DNA from: Chiloscyllium plagiosum
Lineage: Eukaryota
Direction: 5' to 3'
Assembly (NCBI RefSeq): GCF_004010195.1
Contig: NC_057718.1
Span: 11,311,569-11,375,568 of the forward strand
Length of the DNA: 64,000 nucleotides
Shown here: positions 49,762 through 62,109 of the stretch, piece by piece
How the letters are laid out: each line of letters begins with the position of its first letter
Position numbering within the stretch: the stretch's first letter is position 1
Program-made: the position numbers and the translations under genes
The notes under the pieces: generated by a model
Seen by the model: the letters and a program-made list of their open reading frames with translations, nothing else
What the model was told of the DNA's origin: nothing
Databases searched by the model: none

Positions 49762-49853
49762 TGGTGAGGGTTGAAGATGTTGAGCCGTGAAATCAGCATT
49801 TGTATCCCCTTGAGACTGAAGATTCTGAGGAGGCCAACTAGGAGAAGGCAAAG
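49762..49853 (+). other. Candidate 92-nt exon
   Basis: Long pyrimidine tract ...ccttccag|TGGTGAG...GCAAAG|gtaagt. Confidence 0.3.
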
Positions 49854-50383
49854 GTAAGTAAGCAGACAGACCGTAAATTCTGCTCCATCACCTCCTGCAG
49901 GCTGGATGAGTGAGGGAGCAAGTCAACTGGTTCATTCAGAATGTAGAAACAAGAGGAGACCATTTGGCCCCTCAGGCTTGCTGCCCAGTTAGATCATGGG
50001 CGACCTGTACCTCAACTTCACTTTCCTTTGATATCCTTAGATAACCTTAAACAGCAAAACTTGTCTGACAATCCAAGAACCATTACCTTCTCGCTACTTG
50101 GGAGAAAGCACTCGATTGATTTTGTTGTTCAAAGGGTTTTTACCACCATCCAGGTGTTTGGATTATGACGCAGAGTCAGTTGCATACTTGGTGACTCAGT
50201 GGTTAGCACTGCTGCCTCACAGCACCAGGGTCCCAGGTTCAATTCCAACCTGGGGTGTTCTGTTAAAAGCTGCACCTTCTGCATCCTTGGCAAATACATC
50301 CCTATGTGCACTGCAATGTAAAGTAGACGTGGATACAAACAGATAATCGGAGACCACTGCAGAGATTGACTTTTGTCAACATA

Positions 50384-50585
50384 GGAGAAAGTGAGCTCAG
50401 AGTCGAGAGGGTGTTGCTGGGAAAGCACAGCAGGTCAGGCAGCATCTGAGGAGCTGGAGAGTCGGCGTTTCGGGCAGAGGCTCTTCATCAGGTTTTCTGA
50501 TGAAGGGCTTAATGTCCTAAACGTCGATTCTCCTGCTCCTCAGATGCTGCCTGACCTGCTGTGCTTTCCCAGCAACACACTTTCC
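50384..50585. mobile_element. Family A fold-back element, back-to-back cores
   Basis: ...gctcttcatcag-gtttt-ctgatgaagggc...; imperfect TSD acttttgtcaacata / acttttttcaacaca. Confidence 0.88.
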
Positions 50586-51794
50586 ACTTTTTTCAACACA
50601 GTACAAAAAAAAATTGTTAAAGGGCTCTTGCAATAGTGTCCTTAACCTGTGTTCAAGTCCCACCTGCTTCACAAGTGTGTCATAACATACCTGAACAGGA
50701 AAATATCTACAAACAAATTGTTTACATCACCTTGAGAGAGTAAATATGACCGTATCTGAACACCCACCCCAGCTTGGCTTCCATCATTGCTAGGACTTGA
50801 ATCCCCCACCTTCCAGGTCACAGGGCAGATTGTTATCCACGGAGCCACTGCTGACATCATCACTGTGCACCATACATTTTTACATTAAGCGTTTTGTTTG
50901 GCCCTCAGTGGACTCTGACATTCCTACCACAGAGTGACTTTCTCAGGAATAATTAATATCAGGTGAGAAACATTAGCAAATTCATCAATTCAAGCCACAA
51001 GTATAATGGATATGATTAAGGCCAGAGCCTTTTTATAATACTTGAAGCATGTTTACAATTAAGACAGCATTCCAGTTTATTTCCAGATTCCTACCTTACA
51101 CATGGTGCTGAGTACGGAGTTGCTGGGATAGCCACACAATTCCTAAAGTTGCTCCATGTGCAGCACACAAGGGAGAATTTAACGGAATACTTTCTCCACC
51201 CTTTCCTAACTAGGATTATTCCTGTCAAGAAACAGCAAGTTTTCAGCCTAGATCTTAGTGGGTAGTTGACTCACTCAAACCTAGAGACAATTAGAAATCA
51301 TACAAGGGAGTTACCACCAGGCTGAGAGATTGCTCTGTATGTAGTAATAATCGCTATGGTGACACGGTCCTCCACTTGGTTGTGTTCAGACTTGGATTCT
51401 GTGATCATCATGTCTCACCTGGGGGTGTTACCCCACCCCAACCTATTAACCCCATGTGAATTGGGTTCAAGATGATCACTTGACCCCTATTAACATTCCA
51501 TAGTAATCTGTAGGGAGTGTTAATTGTTTAGTTCCCACACCTTCGGATGGGATATTAAACCATTGCTATTCACCTGCTTTGGCCATTCAAAGGTAAGTTT
51601 TCTAAATTTTGATGAGGTTCTATGTACCTGTTGGAAATGGAAGACTGAGAGGACAGCATCTTTCATTCTGAACCAGTGATGTACATTGATGGTTAGACCC
51701 TGTTATAATGTCATAAATGTTAGCAGCTAATTTGCAAACTGCAATATGACGATGACCCAATCATTTGTTTTGTTTTGATGCTGGTTGGACGTAA

Positions 51795-52016
51795 GATTAG
51801 ATTCCCTGCAGTATTAAAAAAAAATGGCCCTTCGGCCCAACTGGTCCACACCGACCCTCCGAAGAGGACCCACCCAGACCCATTCCCCTACCCTATATTT
51901 ACCCCTGACTAGTGCACCTAACATTATGACCAATTCACCTGACCTGCACAGCTTTAGACTGTGAGAGGCAACCCACGCAGACACAGGGAGAAGGTGCAAA
52001 CTCCATACAGTTGCCT
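51795..52016 (-). mobile_element. HE1 SINE, 5'-truncated
   Basis: Core and tail present. Confidence 0.85.
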
Positions 52017-52544
52017 CTGGAAAAACGTCCCTCTGTGGCATGTTTAGTGTAAATAGTAAGTGGGAATTAAGACTTGGAGGGACATAGGGGGTAAAGAGTA
52101 GACCAACTGAACCACTGCTGTATGCTTTCCCAAGCTAATGGGTGTTTCAGATATTCTGGATTGAGACACAGCTGATTTCCTGAACTCCATTACTTCCATC
52201 CCCCACCCCCCAACATCGAATCATGATTCCAGTGGTTGATGTACGTCAATGAATGAAGGGAGATAATGGCTTTGAAATATTGGTTACCTCAAGTCAGAGC
52301 CTGTGTGAAGACAGCAGCATAAAAAAACTCAGACACAGAATATACTCACAAGTAATCATATCACAGTATAACTTCAAGTCCAAAATTTAACCCAATTTGT
52401 TTGAGAGGGAGAGAGAGAAAGTGATTCAGAGGAGAAAAACTGCCTTGTTTTATAAACCATGTCAATCCAAGACCAAAGAAGTTGACGTTTTCAATGTCTG
52501 GCCATCACTGAGCTAACCTTAAAGACAGTACGTCTTAGGACAGA

Positions 52545-52826
52545 TAGAGTCATAGAGATGTACAGCATGGAAACAGATCCTTCGGTCCAACCCGTCCATG
52601 CCGACCAGATATCCCAACCCAATCTAGTCCCACCTGCCAGCACCCGACCCATATCCCTCCAAACCCTTCCTATTCATATACCCATCCAAATGCCTTTTAA
52701 TCAACCTTGGCAAAATCCTTGTAAATTTTTTCTGAACCCTTTCAGGTTTCACAACATCCTTCCAATAGGAGGGAGACCAGAATTGCACGCAATATTCCAA
52801 AAGTGGCCTAACCAATGTCCTGTACT
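52545..52826 (-). mobile_element. CR1 (HER1-like) 3' end with internal deletion
   Basis: VRPLLEYCVQFWSP...fused to KRHLDGYM. Confidence 0.9.
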
Positions 52827-52941
52827 AATGAAGGAAAGTGATTGGTGAGAAAGGGGAACAGATAATAATAAAGAAGATCAACTGAGACCTCCCTGGAGAT
52901 CTCATGCATTGAGGATTTGTTCCCTGCAGACTCATGGGTAA

Positions 52942-53156
52942 GAGCTGAAAATGTGTTGCTGGAAAAGCGCAGCAGGTCAGGCAGCATCCAAGGAGCAGGA
53001 GAATCGACGTTTCGGGCATGAGCCCTTCTTCAGGACGTTTCATGCCCGAAACGTCGATTCTCCTGCTCCTTGGATGCTGCCTGACCTGCTGCGCTTTTCC
53101 AGCAACACATTTTCAGCTCTGATCTCCAGCATCTGCAGTCCTCACTTTGTCCCAGA
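52942..53156. mobile_element. Young family A fold-back mini-element
   Basis: Perfect TSD agactcatgggtaa (52928-52941, 53157-53170); intact minus core CTGAAGA-A-GGGC-TCAT-GCCC-GAAA-CGTC at 53006-53033. Confidence 0.93.
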
Positions 53157-53333
53157 AGACTCATGGGTAACCCAGGATGATAAATCACAGGCACTTTACG
53201 AAAAAAAGTTGTCATTTATCTTTCTGCAAAGCTGTTTCGTTATTATCTATCGAAACATTGGAAATAAGAAAAGAAAGATTTTCACTGACATTCAGGATTC
53301 ATCCAATTTGACATGGTATAACACAGTATAGAA

Positions 53334-53500
53334 GGAGTTGAAAATGTGGTGCTGGAAAAGCTCAGCAGGTCAAGCAGCATCCGAGGAGCAGGAGAATCAA
53401 AGAGCTTTTGCCTGAAACGTCGATTCTCCTGCTACTAGAATGCTGCCTGACCTCCACACTTTCAACTCTAATCTCCAGCATCTGAAGTCCTCACATTAGC
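53334..53500. mobile_element. Older family A fold-back mini-element
   Basis: TSD cacagtatagaa / catagtatagaa (53322-53333, 53501-53512). Confidence 0.85.
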
Positions 53501-54291
53501 CATAGTATAGAAAGAGTCCATTCTGCCTATTGTGCCTTACCTCGGCCCTTGGAAGGAGCTGTTTAATTAGCCCCACTCCTTAGCCCTTTGCCCTGAAAAA
53601 TACTCTGCTCCAAATACTTACCAAATTATCTGTGAAAGGCCTTTTGCTGCTCACTTTCCAATTGGTGCTGGGAGTTGGTGGGCCAAGTGACCAATACTGG
53701 GGGAGTTGGGCTGAGGCCTTAGTGATGAAAACTCAGGTACTGAGACCTTCCTTGGAGCCTCCGACTGGAGTAGGCAGCACTCTGATCCCTGNNNNNNNNN
53801 NNNNNNNNNNNNNNNNNNNNNNNNNNNNNNNNNNNNNNNNNNNNNNNNNNNNNNNNNNNNNNNNNNNNNNNNNNNNNNNNNNNNNNNNNNNNNNNNNNNN
53901 NNNNNNNNNNNNNNNNNNNNNNNNNNNNNNNNNNNNNNNNNNNNNNNNNNNNNNNNNNNNNNNNNNNNNNNNNNNNNNNNNNNNNNNNNNNNNNNNNNNN
54001 NNNNNNNNNNNNNNNNNNNNNNNNNNNNNNNNNNNNNNNNNNNNNNNNNNNNNNNNNNNNNNNNNNNNNNNNNNNNNNNNNNNNNNNNNNNNNNNNNNNN
54101 NNNNNNNNNNNNNNNNNNNNNNNNNNNNNNNNNNNNNNNNNNNNNNNNNNNNNNNNNNNNNNNNNNNNNNNNNNNNNNNNNNNNNNNNNNNNNNNNNNNN
54201 NNNNNNNNNNNNNNNNNNNNNNNNNNNNNNNNNNNNNNNNNNNNNNNNNNNNNNNNNNNNNNNNNNNNNNNNNNNNNNNNNNNNNNNNNNN

Positions 54292-55130
54292 AGGTAAGAA
54301 GAGCCAGGAGAGGACATGAGAAGTCATTGGCACTGTAGGATCAAGGAAAACCCAAAAGCTTTCGATAGGTATGTCAGGAATAAAGGGATGACAAGATTAG
54401 GGCCAGCCAAGGACAGTAGTGGGAAGTTGTGTGTGGAGTCTGAAGAGATAAGAGAGAATCTAAATAAATATTTTTCATCAATATTCAGACAGGAACAAGA
54501 CAATGTTGCCGTGGAGAATACTGAGATACAGGCTATTAGACTGGATGGGATCGAGGTTCATAACGAGGAGGTGTTAACAATTCTGGAAAGTATGAAAATA
54601 GATAATTCTCCTGGGTCATATGGGATTTATCCTCGGATTCTCTGAGAAGATCGGGAGGAGATTGCTGAGTCTTTGGCTTTGATCTTTATGTTGTCATTGT
54701 CAACAGGAGTAGGGCCAGAAGACTGGAGGATAGCAAATGTTGTCCCCTTGTTCAAGAAGGGGAGTAGAGACAACCCTGGAAATTATAGACCAGTGAGCCT
54801 TACTTTGGTTGTGGGTAAAGTGTTGGAAATGATTATGAGAGATAAGATTTATAATCATTTAGAAAGGAATAATTTGATTAGGGATAGTCAACACTGTTTT
54901 ATGAAGGGTAGGTTGTGTCTCACAAACCTCTTTGAGAAGGTAAACAAACAGATGGATGATGGTAAAGAGGTTGATGTGATGTATATGGATTTCAGTAAAG
55001 CATTTGGTAAGGGTCCCCATGGTAGGCTATTGCACAAAATACAGAGACACGGGATTGAGGATGATTTAGCGGTTTGGATCAGAAATTGGATGGGGCTGTA
55101 AGAAGACACAGAGTGGTAGTTGATGGGAAA
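54292..55130 (+). mobile_element. CR1 LINE ORF2 (RT N-terminal half), disrupted
   Basis: PEDWRIANVVPLFKKG...PGNYRPVSLT...DSQHCF...DVMYMDFSKAF. Confidence 0.95.
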
Positions 55131-56644
55131 TGATCTTCCTGGATCTTCCTGGATCTTCCTAGCAACACATTTTTCAGCTCTGATCTCCAGCATCTGCAGT
55201 CCTCACTTTCTCTGTGTGGAACATCCTGTGTACAATAGTAGTAGACTTGCCAGCTGTAAGGGCATTTAAATGTTCATTGGATAAACATATAGGTGACAAT
55301 GGAACGGTATAGGTTAGATAGGCTTCAGATTGTTCCATAGCTTGGTGCAACATCGAGGGCTGAAGGGCCTGTACTGTGCTGTAATGTTCTATGTTCTATG
55401 TTTTGTAAAGGGATATATGTGATATTTGCTCAAGGAGCCTCAAATATGTTTGGACTACTTGCCATTTTAATAAAATATTAGCAACTCTCGATGAAAAGAA
55501 TAGGGGAACACTGTTACGGATCCACATTCGGTAAATTAGGACATAAAATAAATGTAACAGGAGTATAAAGTAACAGAGAAGGGACTCAAATTCAATCCAG
55601 ACCTAGTTTTTTTCCTGTTGACCATTCAAAGGATGTAAATCTCTTCTGTGAAGCACAGAGCTAGTATTTAATATTAAAGTAAATCCTGGTCTTCTTCACT
55701 GCCCAGAAAGAGTCGGTCTGCCTTTTGGATAATGAGTTTCCAGTTCTAGCCAGTAAACTGGAGTATCCATCTGCTTGGAAATGCAAAAGCATTTTAACTT
55801 CAGTGCACATGATTGAGATAAACAAAGGGTCATTCTCTACCTGATAGTTCATCTCAGAGGCATTTGTGGGAGCACACTTAACCTTAGAGGATGCTTGCAA
55901 TGTGAAAATGGGAAAAGATTAATTCAAGTAACACGATGTCTGAGACATTGAGATGATGTGGTTATAATCTAGAGCTCTGGACTAATGCCCTGGGGACATG
56001 GCTTGGAGTCCCACGATGGCAATTGGTGGGATTGGAATTCAATTAATCAATCAGGAATATATTGAACCAGTCTCAGTGACCATCAACGTCATGGCTTTAC
56101 ATTTTTGACTTGGTTGTTCTATTCTCTGTTTAGCTGTCTGCGTTTGCTGCTCACAATATGGCCTCCTCTCTATTGGAAAGGCCAAATATAGATGTGGAGG
56201 TGCCGGTGTTGGACTGGGATGGACAAAGTCAGACGTTTACATGAAACCAGGTTAGAGTCCACCACAGGTTTATTTGAAATCACAAGTTTTTGGAGCAACG
56301 CTGGACTACATCCTGGTGTCGTGTGACTTCTAACCAAGCACAGACAGAGTCACTGCTTGGGGGCGGGGGGAGCACCCCCAGTAGTCCGCAAGCATGAAGC
56401 GGGGGGAGACGGGCATTTGTTCATTTATCATTTCCGTTCTCCACTTTGCTCCTAGCCTCACCTTCAGCCTCCTGCAAGCTTGAGGAACAAACACCTCACC
56501 TTTGGGTCCGCATTGAAATCGACATTGAGTTCATCAAATGGTGAACACTGCTCCCCATTTTGTTTTTGTTTTCTCTTTTATTTCTCCTCGTTTCTGGCGT
56601 GTACCCATTTTCTTTCATTTCAGTCAGTAGCTGTTCAGGATCTG

Positions 56645-56871
56645 CTGGGAGAAAGTGAGGGCTGCAGATGCTGGAGATCAGAGCTGAAAATGTGTTGCTG
56701 GAAAAGCGCAGCAGGTCAGGCAGCATCCAAGGAGCAGGAGAATCGACGTTTCGGGCATGAGCCCCCCTTCTTCAGGAATTCCTGAAGAAGGGCTCATGCC
56801 CGAAACGTCGATTCTCCTGCTCCATGGATGCTGCCTGACCTGCTGCGCTTTTCCAGCAACACATCTTTAGC
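56645..56871. mobile_element. Young family A fold-back mini-element with hammerheads on both strands
   Basis: Perfect TSD gctgttcaggatctg (56630-56644, 56872-56886); symmetry axis ggaattcc at 56775-56782. Confidence 0.93.
56782..56809 (+). ncRNA. Minimal hammerhead ribozyme motif (family A), core intact
   Basis: CTGAAGA-A-GGGC-TCAT-GCCC-GAAA-CGTC; palindromic ACGT stem III; GUC cleavage triplet. Confidence 0.72.
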
Positions 56872-58384
56872 GCTGTTCAGGATCTGGCCAATCACACCTT
56901 TGCTAAAGACCTTTCTTAATTTAATTGTGTGTTTGGCCATGGAACCCTCATTGCAGTTCAGCTCAGTCGCCTCCACCCTGACCCTTTGTTCTTCTTCCTT
57001 GCCTCCTCCTTCTCAGTTGCTCAAAACCGATTTGATTTCTAACTTTTTCCAATTCAGTTGAAAAGTCACAGACCTGAAAGGTTAACTGTCTCTCTCTCTC
57101 TCTCTACTAATGTTGCCAGACCAGCCAAGTATTCCCAGCATTTTCTGTTTTCGTTTCAGAGTTCTGATATCCATACAATGTTGACACCAGCTTGATTTAT
57201 GAGCATCGATTTAATGGAGCATGATCTTACAGATCTGAGCTATTTACTTCTGCACATTTTTTTTTCAGATTCAACAAAATACCATCAGGGACCAATGAAA
57301 TTCCGGGAACATTAGGTGCTGATTATGTAAATACAGTTTCTCCAAAGAACTGGATGACCTTCAGAACCTTATTTGATTTGACAATAATCAGTGAAAGGAT
57401 TATTAGGCTCTCCACCAGGAATGTTGCTTAGATTCTGAAGTTGACATTGAACATTGGCGTTGACTGGGAACTGGCCAAGTCAGTTCCAGCGGAGTTCTGG
57501 ATCAGATCTTCTCGTAAGCAAGTCAAGAGATTGTCTGAATTTACTGCTTGTTTCCATAGGCTTCCCTAGCTGCTCCCACACATCAGCAAACCTGCGAAAA
57601 TTTGGCCAAGTGCCCAGAAGCTTCTGATTGGTCAGGGACCCCGCCATACAGGTATGTTCTGGCCAAAAACTAACGAATGGTTACAGAGACAGATTTTTCA
57701 TCTTTGGTCTCCAGAACTAGAGGTTAGAGTTTAAAAGTAAGGGGTCGCTCATTTAAAAGTGGATGAGGAAACATCCTCTTTCCCTCACAATCTTTAGAAT
57801 TTCATTCCCCGTAGGGGTAGTGGGTTTTAGAAACTTAAACGTTTTCAATGCAGAGGTAGATTGTTGACTCCCAAGGGGATGAGCGATTATCGGGGATTAC
57901 AGAGGTTTGGTTAAAAATCAGATCTGATGGAATGGTGGAACAGGCTGAAGGGCTGAGTGGTTTGGTTTTGGGCCTTGTTTGTAGGATTCCTGTTTCTCAG
58001 CCAGAAAGAGTGGTGAAAGCAGATGCGATGTTAACTTTCAGACTGGGACTGGGATATATGCTGGAAAAGGAAGCATCCAGGAAAGGAAGTGAATGGTAAT
58101 CGAGGGGTCGGGGCAGATGCTCTGGGGAGACAGGTTCAAATCCCGCCATAGCAACTAAATTCACTTCATAAAAACCTGGAATTGAGAGTTAGCCTCAGTC
58201 ATGCTTATAATACCAGCTATCTTACATGTGTTATTTTATGTTATTTATGTTATGTACATGTAAAAGGGCTTCTGGTTCACGAATACCATTCAGTGAGGGA
58301 CATCCAGCCTCCATGTGACTCCAGGCCCACAGTAATCCGATTGTTTTTGAAATGCCCTCTGGATTGGCAGAGAAAACCGGTCGC

Positions 58385-58892
58385 CTTCCTATCAAAAGGA
58401 TGTTGTGAAACTTGAAAAGGTTCAGAAAAGATTTACAAGGATGTTGCGAGGGTTGGAGGGTTTGAGCTATAGGGAGAGGCTGAACAGGCTGGGGCTATTT
58501 TCCCTGGAGTGTCAGAGGCTGAGGGGTGACCTTATAGAGGTTTATAAAATCATGAGGGGCATGGATAGGGTAAATAGATAAAGTCTTTTCCCTGGGGTTG
58601 GGGAGTCCAGAACTAGAGGGCATAGGTTTAGGGTGAGAGGGAAAAGATATAAAAGAGACCTGAGGGGCAACTTTTTCACTCAGAGTATGGTGTGTGTATG
58701 GAATAAGCTGCCAGAGGAAGTGGTGGAGGCTGGTACAATTGCAACATTTAAAAGGCATTGGATGGATATATGAATAGCAAGGGTTTAGAGGGATATGGGC
58801 TAGATTGGGTTGGGATATTTGGTCGGCATGGACGGGTTGGACCGAAGGCTCTGTTTCCGTGCTGTACATCTCTACGACTCTATGACTCTATG
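58385..58892 (+). mobile_element. CR1 (HER1-like) 3' end
   Basis: Collinear with 41730-42238; gactctatgactctatg tail. Confidence 0.93.
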
Positions 58893-60009
58893 CCCGTATC
58901 CTGTGAAAGAGTAAACAAAACTAAACATGCAGGAGAAGCCAGAGTGGCAGTGACTAGGTAGCTCAGTCACAGGGCTAGCACAACTACAACGGGCAGAATG
59001 GCTCACTTCTCAGATCGTTGGATGGTTTATGAGTGATGCATGGGGTTTCAAGCAGAACCTAAGTCATGAATTCTCAAGTTGCTGTAGGACCTCCAATTAT
59101 TTAATCAGCAAATCAGAAAATGTCCAGTCTGATTGCCACATATCTAAGAGTCTCCCTGTGTTGGAATGGTTTGTGGGTTGAGGTCCTGGATGAAGTTCTA
59201 CTGACTTAGAATACTCGTGGACGTCAGGAGATTTTATGGAAGTGAACTCCGGAATGTCTGAGGCAACTGATGAGCAGGCATCTTCCTCCAGCACCAACCA
59301 ATGAGAGCTGGCGATGGGTATCAGACATGAGAGAATGCGGATGGTTAGCAGCCCCACAGGAAGAGGCTGGCCATGAAGGCTCCTCGTTAATAAAAACCCT
59401 TCTAGTAACTTCATAAACCCTGCTTACGGCTGCCAGTTCCCTAATCTGGAGGGTGGGCCCTCTTTGGGATGTCCAACTCTGTGGAAGCCGGGCCATGGGA
59501 AGCAGAGTTAGTGGAGTCTCAGTGGAGAGGGTGTTACCAGCTAAAGGCAGGGGTCTGTCCATGAGATATTGTAATATTGTAACAGGCTCAATGGGCCAAA
59601 ACACACACAGCCACTCCTATGCATTATGCTTCTACAATATTATGAACTTGTGATCTTATCAGTAACCATTCATTGATGTGAATGGATACCTGCTGCCAGT
59701 GCTGATCTGACCCAATGAAGGTCACGTGGTGATGACTATGTGTTAGGTAGACCACCTGAGGCACAAGTTTAAAAATGCTGTCACCCTCCTGCCTCCAAAG
59801 TTGTCTCTGTGTGGCCCAGTGGGATTCTGCCCACCTGAGTGCAGAGAAAGAAATTTGTTTTCTTTAAAGCTAGGTATCTTTGGATGCAAGGGACAGTAAA
59901 GATAGATCAATCAATTCTGGGCAGAGTACCTTCACCGGCCACCTAACATTCTAAGATTCTGCAATTTTGCTTTAATCTGACAAAGTGTTTGTTTTCTTCT
60001 GAGGCTTTT

Positions 60010-60525
60010 TAGAACAAGGAGCAGTACAGCACAGGAACAGGCCTTTCGGCCCATCCATGACTGCGTTGATATATAACACCTCTCTAAATTAAAGTCTTTT
60101 TGCCTCTACGCAGACTGTATCCATCTATTCCCTGCCTATTCATGTATCTGTCAAGATGCTTCTTAAATATTGTTATTGTATCTGCCTCTGGCAGCACATT
60201 CTAGGCACTTACCACCCTCTGCGTTAAAAAAAAAGCCTCACACATATCCTTTAAACTTTTCCCCTCTCACCTTAAACCAATGTCCCCCAGTAATTGACAT
60301 TTCTACCCTGGGACAAAGACTCTGATTATCCATTCGATTCTTGCCTCTCAATTTCGTAAACTTCTATTAGGTCACCCCTCAGCCTCTGACATTCGAGTGG
60401 AAACACATCAAGTTTATCCAATCTCTCCTCATAATGCGCTCCAAACTAGGCAACATCCCGTTTCTGTCCCCTCCCCAAAGCCTCCACATCCTCTGGAAGT
60501 GTGGTGACCAGAACTGAATGCAATG
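60010..60525 (-). mobile_element. CR1 LINE 3' fragment
   Basis: CR1 3' similarity on the minus strand. Confidence 0.8.
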
Positions 60526-60563
60526 AACCACTTATGAAGCAGGTTAATACTGATGCCTTTACA

Positions 60564-60684
60564 TGATTTGGAGGTGCCGGTGTTGGACTGGGGTGTACAA
60601 AGTTAAAAATCACACCACACCAGGTTATAGTCCAACAGGTTTAATTGGAAGCACACGAGCTTTCGGAGCGACGCTCCTTCATCA
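60564..60684 (-). mobile_element. Family B mini-insertion beginning at the hammerhead core
   Basis: TSD gatgcctttaca (60552-60563, 60685-60696); minus core CTGATGA-A-GGAGC-GTC-GCTCC-GAAA-GCTC at 60657-60685. Confidence 0.9.
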
Positions 60685-62109
60685 GATGCCTTTACAGGTT
60701 GGAATCCTCTTATACACTTTAAACACATTGCACAAACCGACCTTCAAGAAGAAAAGGAATAGCGAGGATGACTTCAGAATGAGATGATTCCTTGCAGTTT
60801 GTCAATAAACAAAACCACACAGTTAACCATGCTCTCATGCTAAACAACTCTGTGCCTTTTGTACATGTGTCAAATGTCACATTTCAAGTGGTCTGCTCTA
60901 AGGATGGTTATTTCTTTATTTACCTGTCAGCTTCCTTGGATAGTAAAAGTATTTCCACAATTCCACTGGCTGATGGTGAGTTTCCAATTGGTTTGTTGGA
61001 TGAGCCAAGTCATTCTAAGCCAAAACGCTGCAGCTGCTGGAAATCTGCAACAAACATAGAGATCTTGCTGGGGATCCTCAGCAGGTGTGTGGAGGGAGAA
61101 ACAGAGTTCATGATTCAGAACTGGTGCGTGGTTTTCTGTCTCGGGTAGCCACGCAGCTCATGAAATGATGGTCGGTGTGCTCAGTTAGGAAAGGAGTTCC
61201 CATCGCTACAGGAATGCGGGAATGTGGGACATAGAAACAGGATCAGTCCATTCGGCCCTTCGAGCCTGCTGTAACATTCGATAACATCCCTTGTGCAATA
61301 GAAGTCTCCCTAATGCTGCCCTGCTGAACGTATTCAATGGTACAGCTTCCATCACCTTCTGGGGAAGAAACTTCCACAGGCTAACAAACTGCTGAGAGAA
61401 AAATAAAAATACATTCGAGAGTGCAGGTCTGCACAAGATTGACAGAGACCCCGGTTTATCTTAATATTAAGTGCAAAGACATGCAAAGTCTTTTGGCAAT
61501 GGCTGGGTCGCAGGGGTCCGCCCTCAGGCTCCACAAGAGATTTTTGTTTTGTGTCAGGGTTTACTATCTGGGATTTCAGTTCTTCTGACATTTACACAAG
61601 AAGTGGAGCTGGCTGTCAGTAACTAGCAGTTTGCCCCATCAGAACCGGGGCCTAACTATATGTTGAAGAGCCCGTAGACTACATATTATCCCTGAGTCCT
61701 TCTGAAATCTAGCCTGAGGTTTCCAGTCTCTGATTGTCCCCACGAGGAGGGCCAGAGGAGAACTTTATCCCCACGTGTGGGAATAGCAAGTACTTTAAGA
61801 TCATTCCAGAACCTTTTGGCATGAATACTCAAGAGTTTGGGCCTTATTTCTCCAATTGCTTTCTTTCATTCGCAAGGATGGAGATAGGCAAAGGTAGCAT
61901 TCAGTACCAAAGGCCACTTCCCATTAGCCATGAAGATGTAACACTGATTATAGAATTATAGATGGCCCAGTACTGAAGGAGATTGTTCATCACAGTGCGC
62001 CTCTGATGGAAGTTTGAAAGAACTACTCACTTATTCCCATTATCTTGTTACATGGAATTAGCCAGTGTAGGATTTATGGGGAATATAATGATAATCTGAG
62101 TGAGGTTGA

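Larger units (their letters stand above)
56120..57172 (+). mobile_element. Old PLE relic ending in a family C terminal repeat, with nested B and A insertions
   Basis: Decayed GIY-YIG-like gcgtttgctgctcacaatatggcctcctctctattgga (about 56140-56177), gaggaacaaacacctcacctt (about 56482), family C tail 57055-57170; family B piece at 56191-56335. Confidence 0.6.
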
